A stretch of 64,000 nt of DNA from Octopus sinensis (GCF_006345805.1 NC_043006.1:93682001-93746000); one strand, 5' to 3'. Numbered from the stretch's first letter, positions 1-13,319 are shown. Notes: a model not told the origin generated them from the letters alone. Numbers and translations are program-made.

Positions 1-214
1 ATATACAAAATAAGAAAATGGAGAAACACATCTTAATCAATGATCAACTACCAGATAATACTCAATCACATAACTTATTAAACCACTACATATGAACATT
101 AAGGTGAAACATAATAATATAGAACAAAACAATGTACATGAAAGAGTAATATGATACAATAAGTACAGTATGTATAAGTGAATATAAATAAATACAAATA
201 TAAATATAAACTAC

Positions 215-342
215 ATCTTACAGCTGTTTCGGCCATGCAGATATGCGTGTGTCTCATTATGCTCATATTAACCATGTGTGATAGGTCAATATGTAGTTAT
301 AAATGAGACACTTACAATATATCCCAAGGCCTCTTCAGAGAT
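215..342 (-). ncRNA. Type I hammerhead ribozyme motif (PLE pseudo-LTR type)
   Basis: Minus strand reads AUCU-CUGAAGA-GGCC-(93 nt with 10-bp helix GTGTCTCATT/AATGAGACAC)-GGCC-GAAA-CAGCUG-UA-AGAU. Core is complete, stem I is 4 bp, stem III is palindromic, and the cleavage triplet is GUA. Confidence 0.8.
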
Positions 343-1881
343 TATGAAATATAAACTAAATTAAATATGAATATCAGAGGAGGTACACCCATACAATAGT
401 GGGTACATACCCATAATATATAATGTACACGTACATATGAGTGCATATACCCATACTCCTATACATATATATATACATATACATAATAATATAAATCAAT
501 ATACAAACATATGTTCTATATTCAATGTTACAGTTGGTCAACATAATATTATGATATTACAACATAGAAAACATACACATATCCATATTCAAATGCAGAT
601 ATACAAAGTCAAGAGTTCATTATATTAAGTTACAAAATGCCATTAATATTACCATCATTACTATTATCATTGCCACTATTGCTACTAATAACATTATTAT
701 TATTATTAATAACATTAATACCAGCAAAACAATATATGTATCATGCGGTTAGCAACATAATAGCAAAAACAACAACAACAATAATACTACAGTACCATGC
801 AAAGCATTAAAGATTGGCATATACATATAAAATGAAAAATGAAAAACATTGGTTTACATGATATTAAGTTCCACAAGTGTACAAACATATATGCGAGTGC
901 AGGTCATAATTTCGACTGTGATATGTGTGAAGTATTACGTTCAGAAATAGTTAAGAATCGAACGCTAAATATGATTGGCCGGTATATTTAAATTTCAATT
1001 GTCTTCGTTACGGTTGGTTTGTTAAGAAATACTTACATACTTACATATGTAAACGTGCGCTTACACATATATACATGGATAAATCACAAAACAGGAGGTA
1101 CTAGCTTACATACACACATATATGTTTACATACATAACTACTCACATATATCTATAAAAATACATACATGCAAGCACACAGACACCCATACCCAGTCGAT
1201 GTACGTTATTAGTATAAGATACATAATTAAAATAACACCGTATATTTCGTAAACAATTTATTGTGCTATTGAAACTTCCATATAGCCACAATTTCGACTG
1301 TGTTCCCATTCAAACTTTCACTAATAAACAAGCACAGGCATGGGAAAACTACACCAACATATATACACACACACGCACACCCGCACACATCTATAGACAT
1401 ATATACACTCGCATGCACTGCATCCGCAAACATTTGCATATACATATATACACACATATATATGTATTCATATGTATAAGAAAAACATATACACATATAT
1501 CCACCCATGAATATACATATGCATATAAAAATACACATGCACATACATATACATATGAACACATGTCGACATATCCACATATACTTACGAAATTACAGAA
1601 ATACATGTCTGCCCACCGAAGGACATATAGATACATAAATAATATGTTAACAGAAATTATTATTAAATATACAACGTAAGCTATAAATTAATTATAAATT
1701 AATAAGTGCTATTACTTTAAAAAAATAATAATAAATAAATAAATAAATAAAAAATATATATAAAAAAATAATAATAAATAATGAATAAAAAATAAAATTA
1801 AATTAAATAAAGTAATGATAATAGTAATAATAAAGAAGGAGAAAAATAAAAAACAATAAATAATAAAATATATATATATAT

Positions 1882-2286
1882 AGGCGCAGGAGTGGCTGTG
1901 TGGTAAGTAGCTTGCTAACCAACCACATGGTTCCGGGTTCAGTCCCACTGCGTGGCATCTTGGGCAAGTGTCTTCTGCTATAGCCCTGGGCCGACCAATG
2001 CCTTGTGAGTGGATTTGGTAGACGGAAACTGAAAGAAGCCCGTCGTATATATGTGTATATATATATGTGTGTATGTGTGTGTTTGTGTGTCTGTGTTCGT
2101 CCCCCTAGCATTGCTTGACAACCAATGCTGGTTTGCTTATGTCCCCGTCACTTAGCGGTTCGGCAAAAAAGACCGATAGAATAAGTACTGGGCTTACAAA
2201 GAATAAGTCCCAGGGTCGATTTGCTCGACTAAAGGCGGTGCTCCAGCATGGCCGCAGTCAAATGACTGAAACAAGTTAAAAAGAGG
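1882..2286 (+). mobile_element. SINE family A, full length (tRNA-like head, internal microsatellite, CR1-type tail)
   Basis: AGGCGCAGGAGTGGCTGTGTGG A-box-like, GGTTCAGTCCC B-box-like, tail GGCGGTGCTCCAGCATGGCCGCAGTCAAATGACTGAAAC. Many copies in the window. Confidence 0.9.
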
Positions 2287-2294
2287 TAAAAAAA

Positions 2295-2367
<73 letters not shown>

Positions 2368-2915
2368 ATAAAATAAAATACAAATTAAGATGAATACAAA
2401 GAGAACTTAATATATAAGACTACCAAACAAATACATGGGAAAGCTTACAAGGAAGATATATATATATATACAATTACATATATCCACATACGTATACACA
2501 AGTGTGCGTAGACTAATATATACACCTACACATAAACATATACATATACATACTGACAAATACATACACGTACACTCAAAATATAAGTAAATATACATAT
2601 ACATGTTCATCCAAAAATAAACAACGTATACTAAATATAGACCCATATTTTATTACATATTAGTATAACAAAGTCCCAAACCAGCGCCCTAAGATATGAT
2701 CCGCATATACGCCCGACACCAGTAGAAAACTCCATGAAGTTCAGAATACCATGTATATATCAGAATACACATATATTTCAATATATTTTCAAGCCGAGAC
2801 AAAAACAATCAATACAGAACACATATATGGAGATACAAAATTATAAATTATAATGTCCAAGAGCATAATCCTATATAGAAGAATGTTAAAAAGTTGCTGG
2901 TAGAAAAACTAGGTG

Positions 2916-3887
2916 CTATTTAAATATAGAGAAAGTATACGCTAGTTTGTATACAGGTGCAGAAGTTAGTATTTCCCAATTTAAGTTAAAATCTATATTC
3001 TTACTCTTAAGTTCCCAAATATACGTACTTAACCCCGTAGAATTCATCCTATTTCTATTTTTAAAAGTATATCTATGATAGTTTAGCCATTGTTTCATAC
3101 TATTTTTAGTCGCACCAATGTACACCCTACTATCATGTTGAGTATTTACAATGCATTGATAAACCACCTCTTTCCTCAGGCATTCATTACTGAACACACA
3201 GTTATCTCTGTTTCTGCAATTGCAGCTATTAACAGATTGAGGAAATTTAACCATGGCACACTTCACTGCATCCCTGTTCATATTAATAGTGTTACACATA
3301 TTTCCACTACCTAATCCTAAATTTAACGAGAGTCTATGTTTAACATTATTGGTGATATTCTTATCATTAGGATTACTATTGCGAATAGCAGTATCATCCA
3401 TTAAATTGATATTTGTTGCTACAGGTGTAGTACTATTATAACCAGCGTGAGGGTTGCTCACGTTCGCACTAATAGATTTATTGCCTCTCCGGTTATAGAG
3501 AGGCAAATTACTACTACCCAAATTTATCTTTCTATCATTATTGAATCAATCTAATTTCCTATTATTAAATGAGGAGATGGTGGTGGCTAAATTGTGCGTA
3601 AGGCTATATCCTATTGAATAGTTTTATTGTTAATTATTTGACTAAATTTATTCTTACCCTTTACAAAATGCTTATACAATAAATTATTGATTATTCTAAC
3701 TATATCTGTCTTAATCTCCATTGCATATGGGATTATTAGCCAAAGTGCATCATTATCACTATGTGGGTTACCTATCAAATTGTTATTGTCGGCAAAAACC
3801 CTGTTCCTCTTCCATCCACTATGCCCTCTACATTTAATATTGCCAAGATTATGCCTAGAATCATTCTTAAAATTAGTTTTATTATTA

Positions 3888-3952
<65 letters not shown>

Positions 3953-4270
3953 GCGTAAATAAATTTTACTATTACCATACATAATATCATTAATATTATA
4001 CGTATTATTATTAATACTACTAATATCACTATTGTGCGTTAAGTTATTTAAACTAATGTCAACAGCTCTAAAAGTACCAAAACTAATATTATTGCCATAC
4101 ATATTATATCATATTTTTCTTTATCCTACAATTATTATTGTCCCATCGAAATTTATTTGTGTTATTCGTAATAGATCCACCTTTATTCGATGTGTTTTTA
4201 ACTAGAAACAAAGCGTCGTCTCTATATAGTCCGCCCTTTAATTCAGGGAATTCCCTATTTAGGTTATCGA
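2916..4270 (-). mobile_element. Penelope-like retroelement remnant (RT YRDD, Asn-rich linker, Cys motif, GIY-YIG endonuclease), frameshifted and internally deleted
   Basis: GGLYRDDALFL at 4215-4226 (minus). LWLIIPY...KHFVKG...INNKT/GYS linker. CNCRNRDNC..C Cys motif, then VVYQC...VYIG...H..TFK...STGLS.YIWELK (GIY-YIG). The Cys motif suggests the Neptune group. Confidence 0.88.
3880..3952. repeat. (AAT)n microsatellite, in frame as poly-Asn within the PLE ORF
   Basis: Direct repeat. ORF 3611-4102(-) reads through it as N-run. Confidence 0.9.
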
Positions 4271-4690
4271 CGTTTTGTTTCTAGTTAAAAACACATCTAA
4301 TAGGAGGCTAGATTTACTGAAAAAACGACTGCATAATTTTTTAAAAAGTTTTGGCTTATCTATAATTATTGAAAACGAAACTTACTCTGTCAATTATTTA
4401 GATGTCAATTGCAACCTTACTAATGGGATACATGAACCTTATATTAAACCTAATTCTAACTTAGTATATATAAACTACTCTAGCAATCACCCCGCTCAAA
4501 TTAAAAAGTCACTGGTACGTAGCATTAGTCAGAGAATCTCTTATCTATCCTCAAACTGGGACGTATTTAATAAGCATTGTGAAAGATATAATACGGCATT
4601 GCTTAAAGCAGGCTACACAAGTAAAATTTGGTATATGCCCAATAATAATCTTTCGAATAAAGGTGGATCTATTACGAATAACACAATAAG
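4268..4690 (+). mobile_element. Inverted segment of the same Penelope-like element (RT C-terminal/thumb region)
   Basis: ORF 4275-4775: VNYLDV..NL..G..EPY.KPN...YIN..SNHP..I.K....I..RIS.LSS, typical PLE RT thumb. Its ends duplicate 4157-4212 in inverted orientation. Confidence 0.88.
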
Positions 4691-4804
4691 GCCTTTTAGA
4701 ATTTATTACCTTGATTTTTTTCTTTGTTACCATTATATTAGTTCTTTACAATCAGGAAATGCCATTGAAGACTAACACTTAAATGCGTAACTTACATTTT
4801 TTAC

Positions 4805-5078
<274 letters not shown>

Positions 5079-5079
5079 A

Positions 5080-5410
5080 CGGTACTCCGTCGGTTAAGAC
5101 GACGAGGGTCCCAGTTGATACGGTCAACGGAACAGCCTGCTCATGAAATTAACGTGCAAGTAAGTGGATGAGCACGTCACAGACACATGTACCCTAAACG
5201 TAGTTCTCATGGATATTCAGCGTGACACAGAATGTGACAAGATTGGCCCCCTTTGAAATACAGGTACTACTCATTTTCCCCAGCTGAGTGGACTGGAGCA
5301 ACGGGAAATAAAGTGTCTTACTCAAGGACGCAAGGCATCGCCGGGAATTGAACTCACGACCTTAAGAGCGTGAGCCGAATGCCCTAACCACTAAGCCACG
5401 TCTCTTCAAC
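5080..5410 (-). mobile_element. SINE family D-related (tRNA-derived head)
   Basis: Minus strand TGAAGAGACGTGGCTTAGTGGTTAGG (A box), GAGTTCAATTCCC (B box), core CTTGAGTAAGACACTTTATTTCCCGTTGCTCCAGTCCACTCAGCTG shared with 48365. Confidence 0.8.
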
Positions 5411-5469
5411 GTATATACGTGTGTGTGTGTATGTATTTATATGTAGGTGTGTATTTTTGTGTTTGTGTT

Positions 5470-5662
5470 TGGCTCGCACCACCGCTTCACAACAGGTGTT
5501 GCTTTGTTTGCATCCTGGAAATTAGTGGTTCGTCAAACGAAAAACGAGAAACAAAGTAGCAGATTTTAAAATACTTGGGTTGACTCTTTCGACTAAACAC
5601 TTCGACGTTGTGCTCCAGTATGGCCGTGGCCGAATAGCTGAAACAAGTAAAAGCATAAAAGA
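5470..5662 (+). mobile_element. SINE family A, degenerate 3' half
   Basis: GTGCTCCAGTATGGCC...GCTGAAACAAGTAAAAG tail. Confidence 0.65.
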
Positions 5663-6060
5663 TAACAAGAAACCAACTAAACGAAGTCTTTTAAGAAACA
5701 AGAAAACGATGCGAAGCCACAACTGAAATTCTTTCACGAAACTTCCATAACAAGCATAAAGCGTCGTAAAAGCGGTCACTAGAGTTGTTCGTCAATCCGA
5801 TTGCTTATATTATCGAATGTCTGTGTTTTTTTCTTTTTCGTAAGGTGTGGTTCGAGCGGGAATTGGCTGCCATTTCGAGCACAGGTGGAGCTACCACGTA
5901 GTGACCCCCACCCCTCGTTGACTGGCATTGTTTTCAGTGGACGTTATCCTACAGATTCTCAATCAAAATATTAAACTGTATCGGTCCGGTGAATCTTTGA
6001 GGGGGCCACGAATGTTATATACTTTGACCCTTCTTCCTGACTAAAACTTCAGCAGTAGCG

Positions 6061-6066
6061 ACACAC

Positions 6067-6163
<97 letters not shown>

Positions 6164-6185
6164 CATACACACACACACACACACA
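6061..6185. repeat. (CA)n microsatellite
   Basis: Direct inspection. Confidence 0.95.
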
Positions 6186-6300
6186 AGCATTAATACAAAC
6201 ATCTACCACAGCAATACCCATCCATCCCAGTGACTATCACGTCGTTTCACAATGATTTATCTCGCTCATCAGTATACAATCACACGTGACGTTTCCTCAC

Positions 6301-6355
<55 letters not shown>

Positions 6356-6984
6356 TATCTATCTCTCTCTCTCTCTCTCTCTGTTGTGTGCTTTTGTTGT
6401 CTTTTTACTCTTCCTGTTATCACGTGCTATAAAATAAAACGAAATAGAATTACGACTACTCTCGTAAAATCTCTTCTGGTTCTTTCTACATATGCAACCA
6501 CCTTCGACCGCGCCGCTACCATCTCCACCACCACCACCACCCCGTGACCACCACCACACCATGACCACCACTTTCGCTTATACAACAACTAACCAACACG
6601 ATCGAGATCACTACTATCATCGGGAGAACCACCACTATTAACCGTCACCATCATCATCGTCATCAACATCATCCTCATCATTATCATCATCATCGTCGTC
6701 GTCACTATGATCATCATCATCATCATCACCATCTCTAACAATAAAACCACAACCGACTCTACCACCACCGACTCTACCACCACCACTACGACCAAAACTA
6801 CTCCCACAAACGTCATCACCATCATCATCGTCATCATTACCATCGTAGTCGTCGTCATCATCATCACCGCCACCATCAGCATCATCATCACTACAATATC
6901 CAACATCTCCATCACAACACCAGTAGTAGCAGTAGTAGCAGCAACAGCTATTCCTAATCTCACATCGACTCAAGACATCTTTAT

Positions 6985-7185
6985 CTCATGTTTTGCTTGT
7001 TTGAGTCTAATGACTGCGGCTATGCTGGGGCATCGCCTTGACCAACTTTTAGTTGAACGAATTACTCCTAGTACTTATTTTTTGAAGTCTGTACTTATTT
7101 TATTGGTTTCTTTTGCCGAACTGCTAGGCTGCGGGGAATAAACACACCAATATCGGTTATCAAGTAGTGGTGGGACACACTCACA
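6985..7185 (-). mobile_element. SINE family A, 3' half
   Basis: Reverse complement of the tail and the CTAGTACTTATT...TTTTGCCGAAC block. Confidence 0.75.
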
Positions 7186-7194
7186 TACACACAC

Positions 7195-7237
<43 letters not shown>

Positions 7238-7421
7238 GAAGGAGGGAGCGAAAGACAGAGACATTAAAAAGTCTGATGTCAAATAAGTCAGCGTCGAATC
7301 GGTGACGCCACAACGTTTGATGTCCACTGCAGTTGCGCTCGCATCAACTGATTGAGTTGTATAAGCCACTAAACATGATGGAACAGAACCTTCTCAAGGT
7401 TTGATCACAACCGATTTACAC

Positions 7422-7493
<72 letters not shown>

Positions 7494-8170
7494 AAGAGAG
7501 AGAGAGAGGGGGGAGAAAGGGAGAGAGACAGATAGACAGAAAAATAGACCACAATATTGAGCTGGTATTATAGTAGTCGGACCCGCAATGTTGAAAAGTA
7601 AATGTTGAAGTCGCTAGGATTTGAACTCAGAACATATATAGTCGGAACGAACAGTGCAAAGTATTCTATCTGATGCTCATGTCTATTAATTCGCCGCCTT
7701 AGAACGAAATTAAAAGACACTTTGCCGCTTTAAGCTTTCAGTTGTTATGCTTATGTTTCAGGGAATTAACTTGTTGTGAGCTACATATCTTGATCCCAGG
7801 GGTCTTAACTACTTAAATGAAATAGAATCGCTTTGAGATTAGTGTGTCGGTCACGATTCACAATAATCTTAAAATCTCGCATAAATTTAATACAAGAAGC
7901 CTCCTTCTGTTTATTTGAATTGTTAGGAAAAAACAACCTAATCTCCCTCAAATTAGATTTCTAATGTACGGAAAGGGTCACCAAGATCTCCGTCGGTTAG
8001 AAATGACCACATACCTGTATATTATCTTTCTGAGCTGCAGGACTAAGCAAGTTTAGGTCGACTTCACCTTTCATCTTTTCGTGGTCGATTAAAATAAGAA
8101 CCAGTTGAACACTAGATGTCGCTATAATCGATTATAAAATTTCAAGTCATGTGCCTTTAGTAGAAAGGAC

Positions 8171-8215
<45 letters not shown>

Positions 8216-8225
8216 CATTTCTAAA

Positions 8226-8440
8226 AGACAGCAAGCTGGAAGAATCGTTAATGCGTCGGGCAAAATGCATAGCGGCGTTTCTTTTAGACATTTGCGATCT
8301 CAGTTCAAATTCTTCCGAGGTTGACTTTGCCATACATCCTTACTTGGCCCTTAAAATAGTTACCAGTTGAGCACTGGGGTCGATATAACCTATTGCTTCG
8401 CTGCAAAATTTCGTCCCTAGTGCCTATGATAAAAAAGGGG
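8226..8440 (+). mobile_element. SINE family B (Nin/Deu-like core), degenerate
   Basis: GCAAGCTGGAAGAATCGTTA...AGTTCAAATTCTTCCGAGGTTGACTTTGCC...CACTGGGGTCGAT. Confidence 0.7.
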
Positions 8441-8449
8441 TTATTATCA

Positions 8450-8675
8450 CAGTTCCATGCCATCTGTTCTTTTGAACTGTCTAATATTTTCCTTATATTT
8501 TTTTCTGGCCGTGCCAAGAAGGCAAAACTTGCGTAACAGCTCAACTGGGCACTCTATTCCGATTTCTTTTATATTCCGCTTGGTGCCTTCTGATACTGTT
8601 CCCAAAGATCCAAGAATAATTGGCACTATCTTCATCGTCTTCGATTTCCAAAGCTGGGCTACTTCGTACATAAGA
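8450..8675 (-). mobile_element. 3' fragment of an RLE-type (R4/Dong/NeSL-like) non-LTR retrotransposon
   Basis: Translation YEVAQLWK..MKIVPIILGSLGTV....IG....ELLRKFCLLGTARK resembles the C-terminus of restriction-like-endonuclease LINEs. Confidence 0.65.
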
Positions 8676-8739
8676 GGAAACCGGGCTATTATTAATGTTG
8701 CTGTTGTTGTTGTTGTAGCTTTGTTTGTTTGTTGATCGA

Positions 8740-9093
8740 AGCGGTCTTCATCCCTTAAGTGGGAGAAGTCCGAAACGTGATTCTTTGCTATTCGTAAGAC
8801 CCGCAGAAGAGAGAGCAGGTCAACCCCCGACACCGAGAGCATCGACGGATGGATGAATGCGCATCCAGGCTCAACGTTGCATAGAAAGTTGGGGACAAGA
8901 AACAGGAAGAAAGAGTGAAAGAAAGTTGGAGCGAAAGAGTACAGCAGCGGTCGCCACCACCCCCTGCCGGAGCCTCGTGGAGCTTTAGGTGTTTTCGCCT
9001 AATAAACACACACAACGCCCGGTCTGGGAATCGAAACTGCGATCCTCCGACCGCGAGTCCGCTGTCCTAAACACTGGGCCGTTGCGACTCCAC
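8740..9093 (-). mobile_element. SINE family C (tRNA-Arg-like head)
   Basis: Minus strand GGAGTCGCAACGGCCCAGTGTTTAGGACAGCGGACTCGCGGTCGGAGGATCGCAGTTTCGATTCCC. Copies at 25136, 27212 and 39811. Confidence 0.85.
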
Positions 9094-10241
9094 TGTTGTT
9101 GTTGCTGTTTTTGTTGTCGTGGGTGGGTCCAACAGTTATCCATGCAAAGAGCCAATATGGAAACTTCTATTTGATCGGTTCACCTGTTAGATAGTAGCCA
9201 AAGGTCCCTCGAATGACAGGGCATTGAATAATGTGTTCATGGATTGTTTGCATATAGAAAAAAGTTAAGGGTGCCTTTGATCAAAGATTTTGCTTGGACA
9301 GGGCTGATACGGGGCTAAAGGCTAACAAGGACGGCCGCTACAACGATGAGGAAAACTCACTGCATCTAGGAACCAACAAAGGAATCTCTACGTGGTCGTT
9401 TGAACTGCTAGAAAGTGCAACCAAATCTCCCTCAAGTTTACACACCATATATAGTCTTGAATATATTGTATCTCAAAACATTAATGCAGACAGGATGGTC
9501 GTGGTTGGAATGCCTGTTGATTATGTATCTATGAGGTCATGGCTGAGCTGGGACGAAACAACAACGATGACGATACAACGCCTTAACAACTTGTTACAAC
9601 CATCAACACAAACACTACACGATTAGTATCATGACACTCCCTATTTACTATTTCACCAATACCACCACCACTACAACTACTATGACTACCTTTTTCATTT
9701 CCTACCACTACCACAACGACTACAACTACTACTATTACTACCACCACCACCGTCATAACCACCACAACTGTCACCACTGCCACAACAATGACAGGAGCAA
9801 CCACCGCCACCACCATCATCATTAACATAACCACCAATGTCAACGCTACCTCCACCACCATCGCCAGCGCACCCCCAATCACCACCACCGCCACCTCCAC
9901 TACCACCAACATGGCGTACGTCAGACACGTGTGTGTCGTCTGCTTCATTGAAATCTGATTAGTGAGACGGAAATGGCATCTCAAGTTATATTGTGGTTAT
10001 GTTAAATAGTTCAGGAAGCTGACACACTGCCTTATATTCTTCGCTACTGTGTGTATATTTAGGGGGCTGTGAGGTGCGGTGAGGGATGATGAGGGGCTGT
10101 GCGTGTTTGTGTGTGCGCGTGTGTGTGCGTACGTATGCCATCTATATATCCTATATAATACACACACACACATTACCATCCGCAGATAAAAACAATATAC
10201 ATATATATATAATATATATGTATATAGGATTTATATGCGTA

Positions 10242-10284
<43 letters not shown>

Positions 10285-10468
10285 CATACTACATATACAT
10301 AATACGTATATATATACACACAATGTATGTTTATATATATTCATATACATACATACATACGTATGTATTCAATATGCATAATGCTTATATATGTTTATTA
10401 ATATACATTTGTATTTAAGATATATAATATATATGAATAATATGTTATATATAATATACATAATTATA

Positions 10469-13319
10469 GGACAGGAAGGAAAGAACTCATGGTGGGGTTG
10501 CCCTGTACGTCCGTGAAGATGTCACACCCATAGTACTGTTGACACACTCAAACTCAGTCTGTGACACACTGATAGTACACATGAAACAACCGAAAATAGT
10601 AATATGTGTCACATATCGGCCACCAGACACCCCTAGTCATGAAGGAGTGTTTGAAGATAGCCTCAGAAGAATAGAAGAAGTCCTGGACAAACTGGACCAG
10701 GGTAACACCATTCTACTGCTGGGAGATTTTAACCTTCCGAAAGTCAAATGGCCAGATGGCCATCTCCTCCCTGGAATGACATCACTTGAACAGAGACAGA
10801 CAGAGTCCTTGTTGGCTCTCACACGCAAGTTTTTCATGGAGCAAGCAGTGCTTTGGCCAACAAGAGGTGAGAATGTCTTGGACCTCTGTTTCACAAGCAA
10901 CCCGATGCTCATCCACAACGTGGTGGTGACACCAACAATTCTCTCAGACCACAACTTAGTAGAGGTAATGATATATGGTATGAGAGAGTTAGTTGAGACG
11001 CAGCCATTAGAAAATACCACAGGCCTATCCAGTCTAAACTTCCATAAGGCAAACTGGAAGAAGATCAACGAAGAGATCCGAAAACATGACTGGAGTGACT
11101 TCATCACCACACAAGACACCAACACACATTTCCAACATTTCATGACAATACAGAACATATGCCATAAGTTTGTCCCGGAGAAAAGGGCCGGCGGGCATAG
11201 GAACGTTATTCCCAGAGACAGGAAAATACTTATGAGGCGAAGAGCTAAGCTCTCGAAGCAACTGAATGCACGGCAGAGAAACAATGAGGGACTCCACCTG
11301 AAACTTTTTGAAACGGAAACTGCACTCAAACTTTCCTATGAGAAGGAGAGGGCAGAGAGAGAGGCCAGGGCCGTAGAGAATATTAAAACAAACCCTAAAG
11401 CCTTCTTTAAATTTGCGAAAGAAACCACCTCGGTACACTGCAAGATTGGCCCACTCTTTGATAAAAAGGGCTCTCTAACTGAGGACCCCCAAGGGATAAG
11501 TGAAATACTAAAGGAACAGTATAAAAGTGTGTTCACATCCCCTCTGGGGCACATGCAAATCACAAACCCAGAAGTTTTCTTTGATGCCACAACACTCCAA
11601 AACCAAACAACAACCATCGACCACATAGACATAACAGAGAGGGATGTAATATCTGCCATAGAAGAAATGAGAATAAACTCAGCTGCTGGACCAGATGGAT
11701 TCCCAGCAGTCCTCCTAAAAACATGCAGGCATGCCCTAGCGGGACCACTGAAGAAACTCTTCAGTGGTTCCTTGGCTAACGGTAAACTGCCCAGGGCGCT
11801 AAAAGAAGGCACCATATGCCCTATCCACAAAGGAGGGAGTAGAGCAGAGGCCAAAAACTACAGGCCAGTCTCCCTGACGTCACACATAAGTAAGGTCATG
11901 GAACGAATCATCAGAAAAAAACTGATCACGTTCCTCGAAGAAACTAACCGTCTCACTGACACACAGCATGGCTTTCGCCCAGGAAGAAGCTGCCTTACGC
12001 AGCTGTTACAACACTACGACTGGGTACTGAAACAACTACTGGATCGCTCACAGGTAGATGTGGTATATCTCGACTTTGCGAAGGCCTTTGACAAAGTCGA
12101 CCACGGAGTGATATGTCACAAATTACTCAGACTCGGCATAACAGGAAAAGTAGGTGAGTGGATACATGACTTCCTGAAGGACAGAAGCCAGATGGTTGCA
12201 GCCAATGGAGCCCTCTCGGAAAGACACCAATAGCAAGCGGGGTGCCACAGGGCACAGTCTTGGGACCCTTGCTGTTTTTGGTGGCGCTCTCTGACATGCC
12301 CTTGGTAGCACAAACAACATCCCTCACTAGCTATGCTGATGACACAAAGGTAGCACAGGCAATCAAAAACCCAGCTGATGCTGACCTTTTACAACAAGAT
12401 CTGGATGCCATATACAAATGGGCTGAAGACAACAACATGCAATTTAATGCTGGTAAATTTCAAGCCTTACAATATCAAGCTGTAAACACATATACATTAC
12501 AACACAACTATACTGGTCCAGGAGGGATCGAAATCCCAGTATCGAAATCAATACGGGACCTGGGGATAGACATGAGTGACGATGCATCTTTTTCTTCACA
12601 CATCGCGAAGGTGGCGACAATGTGCAGACGACTCACTGGCTGGATCCTGAGGACATTCCGGACAAGAGACTGCGAGACCATGTTGACACTATGGAGGACA
12701 TTTGTCCTAAGCCGCCTGGACTACTGCTCCCAACTGTGGTCACCGCATAGTGTCAAACTAACCACAGAGCTTGAGACAATCCAAAGACATTTCACCAAGA
12801 GGATTTCCACCATGAAAGAAAAGAACTATTGGGAGAGGCTTAGGGAACTCAATTTGTACTCCTTGGAACGAAGACGAGAGAGATATGCAGTGATATACAT
12901 ATGGAAAATCCTGGAGGGACTAGCACCAAATTTTGGAATTGAGAGCTGTTCCAATCCCCGTACAGGACGTCACTGTGTGGTGCCAAAGGTCCCGTCTTCC
13001 ACATCCAGGGTAAAGAGCAGATACTGTAATAGCCTGGGGTTCAGGGGCCCTCAGCTGTTCAACAAACTGCCAAGAAAACTAAGAGATCTACATGATGCGG
13101 ATGTGGACATTTTCAAAAAACATCTAGACAAGCTGCTTTCCGGGATCCCAGATGAACCCACTGCAAGGTACGAAGGTAACCTAAGGGCAGCAGCTACAAA
13201 CTCTCTCTTAGATCAGTGGCCAGCCACGGCAAACTGGACTTAGAGAGGGTAGCAACAAGGGCGGTGCCCCAGCATGGCCTCAGCCGGATGGCTGAAACAA
13301 GTAAAAGAGTAAAAGAGTA
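10469..13319 (+). mobile_element. CR1-group LINE, 5'-truncated, APE endonuclease + reverse transcriptase ORF2 with one frameshift
   Basis: GGVALYV, YRPP, GDFNLP, LDLCF, SDH (APE). GPDG, YRPVSL, QHGFRPGRSC, LDFAKAFDKV, PQGTVLGP, YADD (RT). LERRRERY, IPDEP C-terminus. (GTAAAAGA)n tail. ATAATTATA on both flanks. Confidence 0.96.
10539..13243 (+). pseudogene. LINE ORF2 (EN-RT), split into ORFs 10539-12233 and 12242-13243
   Basis: Single frameshift near 12225, just before SGVPQG. Otherwise open. Confidence 0.92.

Noticed and set aside
437-2646. Multiple His/Thr/Ile/Tyr-rich ORFs
   Set aside because: Translations of CA/TA-rich low-complexity DNA. The same applies to most short ORFs in the window.
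6589-7141. Overlapping poly-Asp/Met/Thr ORFs
   Set aside because: Degenerate (CAT/CAC)n trinucleotide repeats are open in several frames.
10637-11854. Long antisense ORFs (230 aa and 172 aa)
   Set aside because: Shadow frames of the LINE ORF2 with no independent motifs.
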